Of a stretch of 64,000 bases of DNA, positions 60,664 to 64,000 are shown in pieces. The translations under genes were made by a program, and so were the position numbers. Each line of letters opens with the position of its first letter. The first letter of the stretch is position 1. The notes beneath the pieces were generated by a model. That model did not search any database and was not told the origin of the DNA. It worked only from the letters and a program-made list of their open reading frames with translations. Origin of the DNA: Candidatus Moanibacter sp. (GTDB lineage: Bacteria; Verrucomicrobiota; Verrucomicrobiia; Opitutales; UBA2987); assembly GCA_965215885.1 (NCBI GenBank), contig CBDCEW010000089.1, positions 14,621 to 78,620 of the forward strand. The letters are read 5' to 3'.

Positions 60664-62400
60664 TTGATCGGAGTTTTCGTGATTACTTCGAGCGGTTATA
60701 TACTGCGGCTTATCCAGAGAAGAGACCTTGTAAGGAAAGAAATTCTCGATTCGATTCGGGAGAAGACGGCTGCCGAGAAAGATGGTAGCGTTTCCGAAGC
60801 TGCTTTGATCCGTCGTTTGGTTCATGAGGGATATACTTCGGATGCGGCCATAACGGAAGCTCTCGCCGGGGAGTTCGGAATGGAGGTCGTCGACCTCGAC
60901 GAGTATTCAGTTTCTCCGCGGGCGCTTGAGAAAATTACCCGAGAAGAGGCGCTAAAGTATGGGGTGTTACCGCTCGAAATTAGAGGCAGCACAATTGAGA
61001 TCGCAATCAGCGATCCCCTGGACCTGGATGGAGTTGACAGTCTGAACCATATCCTCGGCCTCTCAATAAATACAAGGCTTGCTCCGCGCGAGGCGATCGA
61101 AAAGGCCATCAGGCGCACCTATGGGAAAGCTGAAGCAGTTGAGGTGTCGGAGCTTGTCTCCGAGGATTCGATAGATCGTGAAGACGTCGAAGGGGCTGAA
61201 GTTTTCACCCTCAAGGAAGAGCGAACCGATGGGGAAGAGGCTCCGATAATCCGTTATGTTCACAAGCTGATCGGTGAAGCAATTAATCAGAGGGCTTCCG
61301 ATATCCATCTCGAACCGATGGAGAAGCGTTTCCGCGTGCGTTACCGCGTAGACGGTGTCCTGATGGAAGTAGAAAACCCTCCGCAAAGGTTGCGGGCGGC
61401 AATCGTTTCTCGTCTTAAGCTGATGGCTAACATGAGTATCGCGGAAAAGAGAATTCCCCAGGATGGGAGGATAAGCGTAGAGGTGGGAGAGAAAGAGGTA
61501 GATCTTAGAGTATCCAGCGTGCCTACGGTTTACGGTGAGAGCATCGTGATGCGTATTCTGGACAAGGAGGGGCTGAGGCTTGGCCTTTCTCAACTCGGCT
61601 TTCTCGAAGATGACCAGGAGGTGTTTAAATCCCTGGTTTCGCTCTCCGACGGAATTCTTCTCATAACCGGCCCCACCGGTTCGGGAAAGACTACTACGCT
61701 TTACGGCTGTCTCAATTTTCTCAATAAACCGGATCGAAAAATAATCACGGTGGAAGATCCGGTTGAATACCAAATTACCGGAATCAATCAAGTCCAGGTG
61801 AAACGTGAAGTCGGTATGGGATTCTCCTCTGCTCTACGCGCTATGTTGCGGCAGGCTCCAAACGTTATTATGGTAGGAGAAATTCGCGATCTCGAGACGG
61901 CCGAAATTGCGATAAATGCGTCGCTCACGGGGCACCTTGTGTTTAGTACTCTGCATACAAACGACGCGCCCAGTGCGGTTTCACGGCTGACGGATATAGG
62001 CATCATGCCGTTCTTGGTATCGGCTTCGATGCGAGCGGCCATCGCCCAACGCCTCGTTCGCACTGTCTGCAAGCACTGCAGGAGCGTCTACTCCCCGGCG
62101 GAAAGGGAGTTAGAGGCGATTGGAAATAACGCGGGAGAAGTGGAGTCAATGTCTTTTTACCGGGGCGCCGGCTGTGCCCACTGCAGGGGCCGGGGTTTTT
62201 ATGGGCGCAGTGGGATTTTTGAGATTTTTCGCGTTACCGAGGAACTCGAGCAGATGATTTATGAAAACGTCCCACTTGTCGATCTTCGACTCAAGGCGCG
62301 ACAGTTGGGAATGCGCACGATGCGGGAAGATGGGGTGAGAAAGGCATTGAGCGGTTTGACCACGATTGACGAAGTGTTGGCTGTAACGGTGGATCGGTAG
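60664..62400 (+). CDS. GspE/PilB secretion/pilus assembly ATPase
   Basis: ASDIH, PQDGRI, GPTGSGKT, EDPVEY, RQAPN, TGHLV, CxxC pairs. Start may be GTG 60679. Confidence 0.93.
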   Translation: MIGVFVITSSGYILRLIQRRDLVRKEILDSIREKTAAEKDGSVSEAALIRRLVHEGYTSDAAITEALAGEFGMEVVDLDEYSVSPRALEKITREEALKYGVLPLEIRGSTIEIAISDPLDLDGVDSLNHILGLSINTRLAPREAIEKAIRRTYGKAEAVEVSELVSEDSIDREDVEGAEVFTLKEERTDGEEAPIIRYVHKLIGEAINQRASDIHLEPMEKRFRVRYRVDGVLMEVENPPQRLRAAIVSRLKLMANMSIAEKRIPQDGRISVEVGEKEVDLRVSSVPTVYGESIVMRILDKEGLRLGLSQLGFLEDDQEVFKSLVSLSDGILLITGPTGSGKTTTLYGCLNFLNKPDRKIITVEDPVEYQITGINQVQVKREVGMGFSSALRAMLRQAPNVIMVGEIRDLETAEIAINASLTGHLVFSTLHTNDAPSAVSRLTDIGIMPFLVSASMRAAIAQRLVRTVCKHCRSVYSPAERELEAIGNNAGEVESMSFYRGAGCAHCRGRGFYGRSGIFEIFRVTEELEQMIYENVPLVDLRLKARQLGMRTMREDGVRKALSGLTTIDEVLAVTVDR

Positions 62401-62486
62401 TCTCGATAATTCTACACCTCTTGGTTTGACTCGTTGGTCCTTTGTCGGTTTAGTTGTATGCTCAAAGCAAAAAAGGAGGTTTCACG

Positions 62487-63569
62487 ATGAGTTATGAGAT
62501 GAATGATCTTTTGGAGTTGATGGTCGATCAGGGTGCGTCCGATTTGCACATTCAGGTCGGTCAGCCGCCCACGCTCCGTATGTCAGGTACCATGACACCG
62601 GTGGAAGGGCCAAACCTCAAACCGGAAGCCACGGAGGCGCTCATGCAGTCAATCGCTTCCGAGGCGCACCAGGAAAAAGCCAAAACCGATGGTGGGGCTG
62701 ATTTCGGGTTTGCCTATATGGGCAGGGCACGTTTTCGGGTGAGCGTGATGAAGTCGAAGGGCAACTACGGGATGGTGTTGCGGCAGATACCTAACAAGAT
62801 GTTTGGGCTTCGGGAGATCGGACTGCCCGACAAAGTAAAAGAACTTCTCTGCCGCCCTCGGGGTCTTTTCCTCGTGACCGGTCCGACCGGTTCAGGAAAG
62901 TCAACCACCCTCGCCTCCATGGTCAACTGGATCAACGAAAATCGCGATGGACATATGATAACGATTGAGGATCCGATCGAGTATTACCATGAGCATAAGC
63001 GGTGCATTGTCACGCAGCGCGAGGTGGGGATTGACGTGCGCACTTTTTCGGACGCTATACGCGCCGCCCTGCGACAGGATCCGGATGTGATTCTCGTCGG
63101 GGAAATGCGGGATCTGGAGACAATCGAGGCGGCGGTCAGTGCGGCGGAAACCGGTCACCTCGTGTTTGGTACCCTGCATACGACCGGTGCGGCACGAACG
63201 GTCGATCGTATCGTCGATGCGTTTCCAGCCCACACCAAAGACCAGATTCGGACGCAGTTGGCTTCTTCAATAATTTCGGTGATCTCCCAGGTGCTCTGCA
63301 AGAAAATCGGAGGTGGTCGTGTGGCCAGTTACGAGATCATGATTGCCACCACTTCGATTGGAGCTCTCATCCGTGAAAATAAGACATATCGGATACCATC
63401 GGATATCCAGACGGGTGCACAGATCGGAATGATTTCGCTCGATGCCCACTTGATGAGTCTGGTCAATCGGGGAATGATCGAACCGAACGAGGCAATGGAA
63501 AAAGCGCAAATGCCTGAGAGCATGCGCGACAGTATGGTGGCTGCCGGAGTGCAGCTGCAAGAGGCTTAG
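62487..63569 (+). CDS. pilT: Type IV pilus retraction ATPase PilT
   Basis: [47 protein letters not shown]. Confidence 0.93.
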   Translation: MSYEMNDLLELMVDQGASDLHIQVGQPPTLRMSGTMTPVEGPNLKPEATEALMQSIASEAHQEKAKTDGGADFGFAYMGRARFRVSVMKSKGNYGMVLRQIPNKMFGLREIGLPDKVKELLCRPRGLFLVTGPTGSGKSTTLASMVNWINENRDGHMITIEDPIEYYHEHKRCIVTQREVGIDVRTFSDAIRAALRQDPDVILVGEMRDLETIEAAVSAAETGHLVFGTLHTTGAARTVDRIVDAFPAHTKDQIRTQLASSIISVISQVLCKKIGGGRVASYEIMIATTSIGALIRENKTYRIPSDIQTGAQIGMISLDAHLMSLVNRGMIEPNEAMEKAQMPESMRDSMVAAGVQLQEA

Positions 63570-63650
63570 GCCGAAAAATTAAGAGCCCGCTTTTCCTTTG
63601 TGGGTGAGGGTCATGAAAATCCGGAAGTCGCGATGGAGCCGAATCGTTCC

Positions 63651-63750
63651 TCGGGAATCTGTCGGATCCATGCCTGTCGGAATCTCGATCCTTCACCTAA
63701 GAATCCGTAACTCAATGATATTTGGAAAGCTAAGCCCTACAGATTCCTGA
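63651..63750. repeat. MITE-like element homologous to 41491-41589
   Basis: GGAATCTGT...ACAGATTCC ends; shared TCACCTAA..TCCGTA.CTCA core. Confidence 0.75.
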
Positions 63751-63762
63751 TTCGATCCGAGC

Positions 63763-64000
63763 ATGTTCGAGGGAAAAACGCGGTATTATTCGATATATTC
63801 TCGGGAGATGATACGATCGATTCGGGGCGGCTCGGTGAATTAGAGAAAGGGAGTCAGGATAGCGGCGCCTCTTTAGCTGATCTTATCGTCGAATCCGGGA
63901 TGGTTGGGCGGGATGAACTGTTCCGGGTAGTTGCGGATTATTTGGATTTGGAGTGTGTCTTAGACCCCCCTACCACTATAGAGGAGAATCTCGCTTCGGA
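63763..64000 (+). CDS. N-terminus of a probable second GspE/PilB, partial, apparent frameshift in an A5 run
   Basis: MFEGK then a shifted frame NAVLFDIF...SLADLIVESGMVGRDELFRVVADYLDL, resembling a GspE/PilB N-domain; open to the window end. Confidence 0.6.

Overview
A 64 kb bacterial chromosomal window; gene content and style (PQQ-type beta-propeller, coaE-rho-gspE/pilB-pilT block, repeat types) suggest Verrucomicrobiota/PVC, which is an inference. Left end: a corrinoid-dependent methyl-transfer operon (AcsE-like pterin-binding MTase, RACo/ASKHA activator, corrinoid protein, MtaA/CmuA-family MTase, two unknown Cys/His proteins) opposite a FadR regulator with a palindromic operator. Middle: catabolic genes, three complete toxin-antitoxin pairs plus a remnant, two TIR-flanked HUH/Y1 (RAYT-type) transposases, a two-ORF IS256/Mutator-like element interrupted by a tandem IS5/ISNCY-like dimer, a Gld-type ABC system, a TRAP locus with three DctP paralogues, lhgO-lutABC and a DUF4338-ISAs1 element. 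Right end: housekeeping and type IV pilus ATPases. Intergenic DNA is dense with palindromic repeats, including two ~200 bp nested hairpins with mirrored substitutions and CTAG-ended MITEs that overlap TAG stop codons. No CRISPR, tRNA or rRNA was seen. All assignments come from motif reading only; no database search was run.
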